Assembly: GCA_021613535.1 (NCBI GenBank)
Contig: CP075496.1
Location: 7,998,001-8,062,000, forward strand
Origin: Adineta vaga
Taxonomy: Eukaryota; Animalia; Rotifera
Length of the DNA: 64,000 nucleotides
Direction: 5' to 3'
Position 1 is the first letter of the stretch; the number at the start of each line of letters is the position of its first letter. Positions 12,945 through 25,331 of this stretch are shown here, piece by piece. Under the pieces are notes generated by a model. That model was not told the origin of the DNA, made no database searches, and worked only from the letters and a program-made list of their open reading frames with translations. The position numbers were made by a program, and so were the translations under genes.

Positions 12945-15900
12945 ATGCTAAGACGAATTTCATATGTGTAAGTGCACTAAATGTACATATTTAATTGATT
13001 TTGAAATATTATGCATGTTTTTTCAGCTTAGTACTGTTCCTGTCAATAAGCATATTCATAAATGCTCAAAATGAATCGACGTCAACTGTACCTTTCATGA
13101 TCGCTGAAACTACCACAGAAAAATCGATCGAAACCACAACATTTCAAATATTAGGAAGTAATAAAAACAATAGATACGTTAAAATTTACACAATATTTCG
13201 CACTTTCTAACCTATTCTTAGCGATAACAACAGCTAATGTGGAAGAAACATCTACAATTGATTTACCCTCTGTCACATCTGCAGATACTACAACAAATTT
13301 ACCCTCTGCAACATCTGCAGATGCTACAACAAAATTACCCTCTGTAATATCTGAAGATACTACAACAAATTTACCCTCTACAACATCTGCAGATGCTACA
13401 ACAAAATTACCCTCTGTAACATCTGAAGATACTACAACAAATTTACCCTCTGCAACATCTGCAGATGCTACAACAAAATTACCCTCTGTAACATCTGAAG
13501 ATACTACAACAAATTTACCCTCTGCAACATCTGCAGATGCTACAACAAAATTACCCTCTGTAACATCTGAAGATACTACAACAAATTTACCCTCTGCAAC
13601 ATCTGCAGATGCTACAACAAAATTACCCTCTGTAATATCTGAAGATACTACAACAAATTTACCCTCTACAACATCTGCAGATGCTACAACAAAATTACCC
13701 TCTGTAACATCTGAAGATACTACAACAAATTTACCCTCTGCAACATCTGCAGATGCTACAACAAATTTACCCTCTGTAACATCTGAAGATGCTACAACAA
13801 AATTACCCTTTGTAACATCTGAAGATGCTACAACAAAATTACCCTCTGTAACATCTGAAGATACTACAACAGATTTACCCTCTGCAACATCTGCAGATGC
13901 TACAACAAAATTACCCTCTGTAACATCTGAAGATACTACAACAAATTTACCCTCTACAACATCTGCAGATGCTACAACAAATTTATCATCTGTAATATCT
14001 GCAGATGCTACAACAAATTTATCATCTGTAATATCTGAAGATACTACAACAAATTTACCCTCTGTAACATCTGAAGATACTACAACAGATTTCCTGCAAT
14101 TGGAAACTACAACATCTTTAGGTGGTTCGGAAAAAGATCACATTGAAACATCTACTCCATCTTCTCAAAACACAGAACCTTTTTCACATCTAGATAAACC
14201 GACGTCAACATTTGTTGAACCTTCGGTACCAAAATTTCGTAAGGATAATTATAAGTATAAAAAAAGTTAATTTAAACATTGATTTTTCTATAGCACAAGA
14301 TGATCTGAATATGCCAGCTGATGAGTTTACTCAAAATATCATAGTTAAATTGGCTGAATATATTCAAGCACATACCATTAATAGTTCATTGGGAACATTA
14401 CCTATTCCAATCGATATTATTATTAATGAACTGTCGAATAAACTTGATAAAACTGAATTGAATTTTCATAATAATGATTTAAATGAGGTTCGTGCTGTGA
14501 CAAAAATAATTCTTAAAAACTTATCAATGATTATCAAAACAATTATATCAAGTATTGACATAGTAAATAAATATTCATTTGAGAAAGAATTTAGATTGAA
14601 ATTTTTTATTACCGTCTCTTTTAGGTCGGTGATGAAAATTGTTCTATTAAATTCACATTTTTACAAAATACATACTGTATCAAATTTGAATTTGATATGG
14701 CATCTTTAGGACATGCCATAAATCTTCATTCAACAGAAATAGGTACTAATCCATCTACAAATGTATCTGTTGCTTCATTCAAAGTATTTAATTTACATAC
14801 TGTCGATACACCACCAACACTTTGGCAACAATGGCTGAATCTTCCTTCAGCTGCAGATCAATTACCGTCTTCAACTTCTGATTGTATGTTTTCATTCTTC
14901 AAAAATTATCAAAAACTTTATTTTATATTTATTTCTAACAGCACCTGTTCTCGTTTGTTATTATACAAATTGGGCACAATATCGCAATGGTCCAGGTCGT
15001 TTCTATCCAGAAAATATGGATCCTAAATTATGTACACATATCGTATATTCGTTTGCAAAATTAGAAAACGGTATTATAGCACCATATGAATGGAATGATG
15101 AAAGTACAGCCTGGTCAACGGGTATGTATGCTCGTATGATGAACTTACGAAAAGCGTCACGACCAAAAATTTTACTTGCACTTGGTGGTTGGAATCATGG
15201 TAGTGGAAAATTTTCGGATATGGTTCGTAATGCAACAAAACGAGCAACATTTGTTACAACGACACTTATCTTCTTGGAAAAACATCGATTTGATGGATTA
15301 GATCTTGATTGGGTAAAATCATTTGAAAAGATAGTCTTTCTATTCAATTGTATTTTAGGAATATCCTGGTTCACGTGAAGGTTCAAGGTCAACAGATAAA
15401 GAAGATTTTACAAAATTAGTAACTGAATTAAAGAAAGCTTTTCGTCCATTAGGTCTATTATTAACTGCTGCTGTTGGTGCTGGTAAATCAACAATCGATG
15501 CTGCTTATGATATTCCTAAAATTTGTGAACAGCTTGATCTTATTAATTTAATGTCATATGATTTACATGGGTGAGTTAAATGTAAAAGATTTCTTTGAAA
15601 ACGTTTCTTTCGATATTATTTTAGTGCATGGGAATCACAAACTGGTATCAATTCGCCTTTATATAGTCGAGCTAATGATACACAATTAAATAAACAATTA
15701 ACACAAGATTGGGCAGTTCGATATTGGCTCGATAAAGGTTGTCCAAAATCGAAACTTGTTATGGGTTTAGCAACCTATGGACGAACATTTCGATTAGCAA
15801 ATACAGCTAATAACCAAATTGGTGCACCTGCTGTTGGACCAGGTTAGTTAATTTCTTTGAATTTTTTGGATACAAAATTTCATCCTCTGTAGGTGCGGCT

Positions 15901-18900
15901 GGTTTATATACAGGCGAAGCAGGATTTCTAGCGTATTATGAAATTTGTACACGTATTCAACAACAAGGTTGGAAAAAAGTTTTCGATGAAGTACAAAAAT
16001 CCAATTATGCATACAAAGGACAAGAATGGGTTGGATTTGATGACGCTCATTCGTTCAGTTATAAAGTTTGTTATACTCGATAGATTTTACTAAATTAAAA
16101 TTTGCTTTTTCTAGGTTAAATATGCCAAAGATATGGGTTTAGCTGGTCTCATGTTTTGGGCACCAGATCTCGATGATTTTACGGGTAGTTTATGTAACGA
16201 AGGAAAATATCCTTTAATGAATACGGCTGTTAAACTTCTTCGTGGAGAAATTGAATGGGTGCCATCGACCAATACATCATCACCAGTCGTAACAACAACC
16301 AGTACTGTTGGTCCTACAGATGAACAACAAAAACGTATAGTTTGTTATTATACAAAGTATGTGAAAAAGAATTTTCTTTAGAATGAAAATATTAAATAAA
16401 AAAATTGATATTATTTTTAGTTGGGCACAATATCGTCCTGAAGGAGGCAAATTTGTACCAGAAAATCTTGATGCTTCATTATGTACACATATTATATACG
16501 CATTTGCTGTATTAAAAGATTCTAAACTTGTTCCATTTGAATGGAATGATGAAGATAATGAATGGAGCAAAGGTTTGTTCTATTTCTGGACATCTTTTTC
16601 TTCTCTAAAGTTGAATGTTTGCAGGCATGTATACACGTACACTTGAACTTCGAAAAACTCATGGTGTTAAAGTATTACTTGCTGTCGGTGGATGGAATTT
16701 TGGTTCAGGTGCCTTTTCAGATTTAGTAAAAGATGATAAATTACGCAAAGAATTTGTTCAACAAGCAACAAAATTTATTCGTGATCATGGTTTCGATGGC
16801 TTTGATCTTGATTGGGTAATAATAATCAAAATCATCTATATTAATATTCATATTCATATTACTTTTTTTCTCAATAGGAATATCCAGGTAGTCGAGAAGG
16901 TAGTCGACCAGAAGATAAACAACATTTCACTACTCTTGTCAAAGTATGTTATCGAAATATTTTTAATCGTAAAATAAAATGAATAATTCTTTTTAGGAAT
17001 TGAAAGAAGCTTTTACACCTCATAATTTATTATTAACAGCTGCTGTTGGTGCTGGTGCAGCAACTATTGAGAAAGGTTATGAAATTGAAAAAATTGCTCC
17101 ACATCTTGATTTTATCAATCTAATGACTTACGATTTGCATGGTGGTAGTTGGGAAAATTCAACTGGATTTCATACTGCTCTATATGCACGTCCTGAAGAA
17201 CGAAATAATGAAACAACACTCAATCAGGTTTGAGCGTTTGTCAATGTTTTCCTTTAAAATTTGGATTATTCGTATTTAGAATTGGGCAGTCAATTACTGG
17301 ATTACAGAAGGAATGCCAAAAGAAAAAATTTCAATGGGCTTAGCTTTTTATGGACGAACATTTAAATTAGTTAATAGTTCGGATACAAGTATTGGTGCAC
17401 CAGGTTCTGGTCCAGGTGAAGCAGGAAAATATACACGAGAACCAGGATTTCTTGCTTATTATGAAGTAAGACGAAGAATTTGTTTGATGAAATGGTTTAA
17501 TATTTGTTTTTAGATTTGTGAGAAATTGAAAGATAATGGTTGGATAAGTAAATATGATGATATACAGAAATCTATGTATGCATATGGTGAAGGAGATTGG
17601 GTTGGATATGATAGTATCGACACACTTACAATGCGTGTATGTTTCTTTTTTTGAAAGATAATTGTAAATAATGAGACGAAATTCTTTCTTGTTTTCTTTT
17701 TAAGGCGAATTATATTATTGGAAAAGATCTTGGTGGTGTTATGATCTGGGCACCAGATCTTGATGATTTTTCGGGAAATTTCTGTGGTCGCGGCCGATAT
17801 CCATTACTTAATACTGTTGTGAATATTATTCGAACAAATACAATTGTACCAGTTGTAATACCTACCGACCCTACAACTACAAGTACAACTACAACTGCAA
17901 CTACAACACAATCTACAACTCTTACAAGAATCGACAACGACCACTACTAAAAGACCAGTGTTGACTTCTACACCTAGAATTCCAACACCTACTACTACTA
18001 CTGCTACTCTAACATCAACATCATCACCTATTTCAACTAGCTCACCATCTTCTGTTGGTAAACATATTTTCTGAGAAATTAGTCTTACTCATATCTACAA
18101 TACCGATAGAACACCATCAGGTTTTATCATTCTTTATCTTCTTTTCATTTTTAGTATCACAACCGTCGGTTGTCTGTATGAGCCCTATTACTCCATTTGT
18201 ATTTCGTTCACTCAATGCGAATTTATGTTCACATCTAATTCTTGTTCAAGAAGAACGTTGGTCAACCAGCTCTGACATCTTTGAATCTTCACTTTCAACA
18301 GAAACTCGTATGATTTGTTTCTAATTATCTTTAATATCATTCTCTTTGCGTTCTAGTTGAACACCTGAAAAAAATGAAAACAGTTAATTCTCAATTGAAA
18401 ATTTTCTACTCTATTCTCGGTCAATGGAAACCGAAACATTTAGATTTAATTCGTAATGAACAAGAACGAACAACATTTAATAAGCAAATCCAACAATATT
18501 TAATTGATAATAATCTTGATGGATTTGATATTGATTGGAATCTACGAGCGAATGACATATCTTCTATAAATGATAAAAATCATCTATCCACATGGCTATT
18601 GGTATGTTCGAAGAATATAAATATGTTGTTTTTTTCTAATGAAAACTTTATTTCAAGGAACTACAAACAATCTTTGCATCTAGTGGCCTTTCCTTATCGA
18701 TTGGTGTGAATGGCGATAAAGTTGTACTTGATAACAGTTATGATTTTGATATATTATCAAAGTAAATTACGTACATATTGACTTTTTCCGATCTAATTAT
18801 CGATGATTTTGTTTTTAGTGCAGTTGATTTTATTCGATTTATGGCTTTTGATTGGCCATCGAACAATGTCACTACATTGATCAATCCACTCTATCCTAAA

Positions 18901-21838
18901 CAAATTCAACAAGGCAACGATCAATTCAATAATATTGTAAATATGATTTTTTTTCTCAATCATCCAAATTTTTCTATGGTCTATTCTTATAGAATTGGGC
19001 ACTTGCCTATGTTACAACACTTGGTATTGCACCTGAAAAGATATCACTTGGTTTACCAACCTATGGACGTTTGTTTGAATTAGTAAATGGAACACAAAAT
19101 ACAATTGGAGCACCAATACTTGGTACATCAATGACAGTTGCTTATTCGGATGTAATTATAATAAATTTCAATTTCAATTTTTGATCTATCAATCAATTTT
19201 AGATATGTAAATTATTAGAAAATAGTGATTATATCAAAGTCTATGATGAACAAAGTCGTTCAACGTATGCATTCAATGAAAAACGAAAACAATGGATTAG
19301 TTCAGATGCAATTAATGATGTTGCATTGAAAGTAAATATTCGAAATTGTAATTAAAGAATGGCTTCTGATTTATTTTTCTCTAGGCTCGTTTCGCTAAAC
19401 TTCAAGGATTAGGTGGTGTCACATTATCATCTATAGGAATGGATGATGTTAGTGGTCAATGTGATAATGGTCCTTATCCATTATTACATGCTGTTGCTGA
19501 CGTTTTTAATCTAAAAAAAGAAAAAACAATTGGTAATGAACTTATTGCTTAAAACAAAGCTCTTTTTATAAAATATTTTCTTTGTAGATCACACGAATAT
19601 TCCTCATTCACAGCATCATCAGTCTGGAAAATCAACGAATATTATCTGTTCTGTTAGTTCACAAGTAGAAAAATACTCTGGTTCAACAGTATTTACTCTT
19701 GATAGACTTAATACTCATCTTTGTACACATCTATTGATTGATCATTCAAGTTCATTACTAACTGGTTCAATATCTAAAGGATTGAAAAATACTAACAAGG
19801 ATTTAAAAATTCTTCTGACAATTCATTCAGATGAAGAACTCAACGTTGAACAATGGAAAGATATGCTCACAGATAAAAATGCTGATGGTATTAATATAAA
19901 TATTAATAATCAAACAATATCACCTGAATTTACTCAACAAATAAAAGTAATTCTTGCTTTATATTTCAGAGAAAGGAGATTGAGTTCGTATATAAAAACA
20001 TATGTTATTTTCAGACCATTCGATCAACTTTGTCCAATACATATTTACTAACAATTTCATTCGAAACTCCAACAGATGCTACAGAACAAGTTTCATTTTT
20101 CAATATACTTTCATTACATCCACATGTTGATTATCTTCTTCTACTTCCATTCGATGGAAAATCAATCGCAAATCATACTGAAATTCAACCATGGAATAGT
20201 CTTGCTACATTTATTCAATCAAATTCAAACAAAAATATTCGTGATATCTCTATGGTGAGTGATGGAAACAATCGGCATAGAAATGTATTTTGAATATGCA
20301 TATATATATTTGTAGATCTCAACATTAATGTTCATTGTTGCATCGGGTGTACCAAAAGAGAAATTAATTATGAGTATTCCAACATATGGTTTAACATTTT
20401 TATTAGAAGATGAAAATAAGTATCAACTCGGAGATGAAATTGTAGCACAAGGTTTTCCAGGACGACAAACACGTACAGTTGGAATGCTTGCATCCTATGA
20501 AGTAAAATCAATCAGACCTGAAACAGTTTTTCAAAAAGAAAACGATTTTTGTTTGAAAACATTTAGATTTGTAAACGTATCCAATCGGATGAGTATCAAC
20601 GATTTTTAAGTGATGAAAGTATTACAGTCATAGCACATAAAAAGACAAATTTAATCTTATTTGATGATACTCAACCATTGAAATTAACAGATACAAATAT
20701 TGTTAATGGAACAGTTGAATTAAAAGCTACAGTGATAAAGAACTCTCAATTAGCTGGTGTACTTGTTCATTCGATTGATTTAGATGACTTTACTGGTCTT
20801 TCATGTGGTCGTGGTGCATTTCCAATCACATCTGTTATTTCTCGAGTAATTTCATCATCTACAAGCAGATCGAATGAAAAAACGACTACAACAATGGCGA
20901 CTTCAACCGAAAAAACTGGTCTCTGTTCAAATGTCAAAACTCCCGATCTATTAGTTGATGAAGATGATTGTCATTATTATTATGCATGTATACCAAATCA
21001 CGCTGAACCTGCTGCACATCTTCGATGTCCAGTCAATAAATACTTTTCAGCTCAACAAAAAGCATGTGCAGATGAACGTTCAGTAAGTATCTGACTTATA
21101 TTACTTTCGTTCTCGTTCTTTTTCTTATTCGTATTAATGTGAATGATATTGATGGGTCATTTAAATCTTATCTTCGATTACTTCATATTCTTTTTATTAT
21201 TAAGATAACGTTAACGACCGATTCATAGATTTTTATTCGTTCGTTCGTTCGTTCGTTCGTTCGTTCAGATTATGTATATGTAGTGCACAGTACATATCGT
21301 TCATAGTCAATGAGTAATCAGAATGTAAAGAATGTAATAAATGAATAATGTATTCACTCTTGTTGAAATAATATAAACTCTTTGAGTAGAAATCAAAAGT
21401 CAGACATTTTTATCAGAATGTTATCATAAACGGAAAAAAGAAAAAGAACATGAATTTTTCGAAGTATTCATATCGGTTTTTACTCTCTCTCTCTCTCTCT
21501 GTTTTATCTGGAATTCAATTTTATTCATTTTCTTTTGCTTATTAAAATAGCCTTGCTCTTCTGAATCAAAGTTCAATCCAATTGAAACAACAACAGTAAC
21601 AACAACTTCACAATCAAATACTGGTAAGAATTCTATGATTCTTTTTTATCGAAATATTTTCTTTTTTTTTGTAGAATTCATTTGTCCAAAACGAAATGGA
21701 CTTTTCCCTGATATATCCGATTGTACACGATATTTTATGTGTTCAAATAATCGTCCTATTTCATTTCAATGTCCATTGACAACAAAATTCAATTCACAAT
21801 CCAATCGATGTGATTGGTCGTCGGACTTGTGTCCTTAA
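12945..21838 (+). CDS. Multidomain GH18 chitinase (group II/Cht10-like): signal peptide, mucin repeat, 4 GH18 domains, 2 CBM14; frame break near 17929
   Basis: Spliced start MLRRISYV|LVLFLSISIFINA. GH18-1 has VCYYTNWAQYR and FDGLDLDW|EYP; GH18-2 has FDGFDLDW|EYP; GH18-3 has LDGFDIDWNL; GH18-4 has ADGININI. Six-Cys chitin-binding domains lie at ~20920-21070 and ~21680-21835. Confidence 0.88.
13263..14090 (+). repeat. Coding tandem repeat, 23 x 36 bp (12-aa Ser/Thr-rich mucin-like unit)
   Basis: Unit ttaccctctg(t/c)aacatctg(a/c)agat(a/g)ctacaacaaa(t/a), encoding alternating LPSVTSEDTTTN and LPSATSADATTK. Confidence 0.97.
21236..21266. repeat. (TTCG)n microsatellite in a chitinase intron
   Basis: About 7.5 copies of ttcg read directly from the sequence. 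Confidence 0.9.
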
Positions 21839-22111
21839 ACTATGTATATACTTCATCGTAATGATCCTTTCGACGTGCTCAAATCGCACATATTGCGTGT
21901 TGACCTTCATATCGTTCTACGTTTTTTCTTCCCTCCCCTTCTTTCTACGTTCTCCTACTGATTTTTTCGTATACTTCATTCTCATTTTTTTTACTATGAT
22001 CTTGATTTCACCATTTTTTCTTCTTCTTTTTCTTTTTTTTTCTTCGTTCCTCGTCTTCCAACTTTTTTATTGCTGTCATTTATTATATTGAACTGTATGA
22101 AATAAACGAAC

Positions 22112-22768
22112 ATGATGGTAAGCAGTTGGCCGATATCGAAAGATGATTTATACGGACCACCACCCGCATATTCAATAACGAATAATTATGAAAATCCACC
22201 AACTTATACTCCATCGATCTATGTCGTTCCTTCTCAAAGAATCGATGGTCAAGATAGATCATCGATGCCTTCATCGATTACTTTACCAAATAGATATACA
22301 CGATATTTACTAGGATCAGGACTTATTCATATGGTTATTGGACTAGGAGCCATTGTCTGTGATGTAATTTTAACAATTATGAACGAATCATATTCCTTTA
22401 CTGGTCTATGGACAGGTGCTTTAAGCATTATATTAGGAATTTATCTTATTTTATTTATAAGTCATTCACATAAACATCGAGGTTCATTTCAACGATTGAA
22501 ATTATTTCATATGGTAATGTTTATTGCTTCGGTCATTGCATTAATACTAGCTTCGATTAATCTTGCATCGGATTCATGTTATAAAGTCTTCTTAGGTCCT
22601 GATCGATGTCATGATTCGTCTTATTTAATAAAAATTATACTTGTAATATTTTTCTCCTTTACTTTCGTTCAAATATGTATTACTATTGCAATGACATGTA
22701 TCTATACGAAACAGTCATGTTTAACAGTGACAAGAAATTCTGGTACAACATCGGATATTATTCGTTAA
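22112..22768 (+). CDS. Intronless four-TM protein (MS4A/CD20-like) with N-terminal PPxY motifs
   Basis: 218-aa ORF with PPPAY and NPPTY, four hydrophobic helices, GLWTG (MS4A-like GxWxG) and a Cys pair in the second extracellular loop. Confidence 0.65.
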   Translation: MMVSSWPISKDDLYGPPPAYSITNNYENPPTYTPSIYVVPSQRIDGQDRSSMPSSITLPNRYTRYLLGSGLIHMVIGLGAIVCDVILTIMNESYSFTGLWTGALSIILGIYLILFISHSHKHRGSFQRLKLFHMVMFIASVIALILASINLASDSCYKVFLGPDRCHDSSYLIKIILVIFFSFTFVQICITIAMTCIYTKQSCLTVTRNSGTTSDIIR

Positions 22769-23040
22769 ATAGATTTTTCATTCCTTTTCTTTTTGTTCTT
22801 GTTCTCTCATCGATCATATCATAGTGTCATTTTTTTTTCTTTTTTTCCTTGAGAACAAAAAAAAAAGAAATTATCGAGAGAAATTTTCTCTCCTTGAACA
22901 CGTTGTATGTCATAGAGGTGTAACATGTGACTATTAGAAAAGAAAATCAACAGCGTCGTTTTTTACATTTCTTGTTGCTTAATAGAAAATTATTTTTTAC
23001 CATGCTGAAAAAATCAATTTAAATAAGGGAACGAAATATT

Positions 23041-24831
23041 ATGTCTATTGTTAAAATCTTTCCAATAGTTGGAATACTATGTCTACAAACATTATTCAAT
23101 TGTCTTAGTTCAACAATCAGTCAATATATTTATGCATTTTACTTACATTCATATACAAATTCATCGGAAGGTATAGGAAATATTACGACAATAACAACAA
23201 GTGTATCTTATCGTTCATTGTATTGGTTGAATATAGTTGATGATAAGAGAAATGAAACATGTCCACAAAGTGATGTTTCTACAGATAGAGATGCTCAAGC
23301 ATGGGCACAACAACGTTCGGCTGAATTGTTTTTTTGGATACATTTAATGAGTAGTTGTCCAGTAATAGTTATGACATATATTCTTGGATTGTATACACCA
23401 AAACTAGGTAAACGTTTTGTTCTCATTTTACCGATGTTAGGTATGATCAGTCAAATTGTAATTTGGTTGGCAATTATTTATTTTCATTTACGTGAATTTT
23501 GGTGGTTTATAGCAGCATTTATAGTTGGTTTATCAGGTTCGAGTGGTGTCTTGGGTATGAATGTTTTTGTTAGCGTAGATCAACTTTAAAATACATTTTT
23601 GTCTTTTGATTCATCTAGGTTTAACTTTAAATTTAATTATTACTGAAAATACAATCGAAAGTCAACGTTCATCTCGTTTTGTACATCTTAATGCTGTGCA
23701 AACAGCTGTATCAGCAGTAGCAACATTTGGTATAGGCTATTACATACAGTGGCGTGGCTTTATTGATTTATACTGGATTGCATTTTCATTACAAATAATA
23801 TCGTTAAGTATAGTAATATTTTGTTTTAAATTTGCTGATAGAAATCTTGATGAACGAACACCACTTTTATCATCAACGAATGATGAATTTCATGAACTTC
23901 CATCTACTAACTGTCCTCAGTTTTTTCAAGTATGTACTGTTTTACGTTCTAATCATCGACCACGACAAAAGACGATCAGTTTATTGTTAACATTATTTGC
24001 TAATATGTCCTATATATTCGCCACAACAGCTTTTGCTCCATTCTTATGGTTTCTTCTTAATACACCTTTCTGTTGGACATCAAAAGATATTGGAAATTAT
24101 TCTGCATTAGGTGCTATCTCTTTTGCAATAATGAGTCTAATCGGTATGCAACTATTAACATATGTTGGAGCGAATGATGCTATTATTTGTATGATCAGTC
24201 ATGTATTCTTTTGTTCATCATGTTTATGGACTGCATTTGCACGACATAGTTGGCAATTATATGTTGGATTGTTATGGAGTGCTTTTTCAGGTTATCAAGG
24301 TGCATTAACAACATCGATGATATCGAAATGGTTAGAACCACATGAACGAAATAGTGTATTTACTCTTGTAACAGAAACAAATACGATTATTTATACGTGT
24401 GGAAATGCATTGTTTAATTGGATTTATGCACGTACAGTAATTAATTTTCGAAATTTGACATTTTTTATAGCAGTTGGTCTTGGTAATTGTTCCACTTATT
24501 TTAAACATGTAAGTATTTCGATATATTTGTTCTTATGAAACAAAGATCTTTTCGTTTCTCTTGAAGATGCCTTTTCTTTGTATCTCGAAAAATACCTGAC
24601 GTAGAAATTCCTATACTTACACAAAATGATATGAATTCGGTGCCAATTAATCTTCAACATGATCCAATACCACATGTTGGTGGTGCTAGTTGTATAATAA
24701 TTCGTTCTCGAGCGTCAACAACTACCTCACAACATTCACCAGTAATGAATAGATCTCACAGGAACTCGGCTTGTTATAATGAAACAGAAGAATTCACTAA
24801 TAGCTATATAAATGATCGAAATATGCTGTGA
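23041..24831 (+). CDS. MFS transporter, SLC46 (PCFT/SLC46A3)-like copy 1; +1 frameshift near 24485
   Basis: QYIY...AQAWAQQRSA, LGLYTPKLGKRFVLILP, LLNTPFCWTSKDIG, SKWLEPHER; same three-exon structure as copies 2 and 3. Confidence 0.85.
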
Positions 24832-25331
24832 TATATTTTATTTTGATTGTATAAAGATGAAAAATTTCTCCGGTGAATGTCTGATATATTTAAAACAATG
24901 TAACTTGTATTTTAATAAACGTGATTAAATTATAAACACATTCGATATACTTTACTCACCATAACTTTGAATAGTGTTAATAAAATTTTTGAAAATTAAA
25001 TACAGTTTATTTGTTATTTTGCAATCAATATCTATAAAAAATTTCATTCGAAGGATCTCATCATTTTTCTTTCTTTCTCTTTTTTTCTTACAACCCACAT
25101 GAAAAAGAAAAAGTACATTCACCTTTTTTCTCTTCTTCCTGTTACTTCGCCTGTACTACTTGTTTCTTGTTCTCAACCCATTTTTTTTTCTATTCTCCAA
25201 AGAACAAGAAGGGAAAAAAAAGAGAAAATACGTCATAACCCGATGGATGACTAATATAGCATGTAAACTTCTAGTTCAAAACTAAAAATATTTTCATTAA
25301 CAAGCAATAAGATTAGAATACAAACTACATA

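Noticed and set aside
13263-14090. 36-bp periodic repeat as a CRISPR array
   Set aside because: There are no unique spacers. The units are contiguous, in frame and encode a mucin-like peptide in a eukaryotic exon.
21810-22091. 93-aa hydrophobic ORF after the chitinase
   Set aside because: It is a Phe-rich translation of a pyrimidine-rich UTR.
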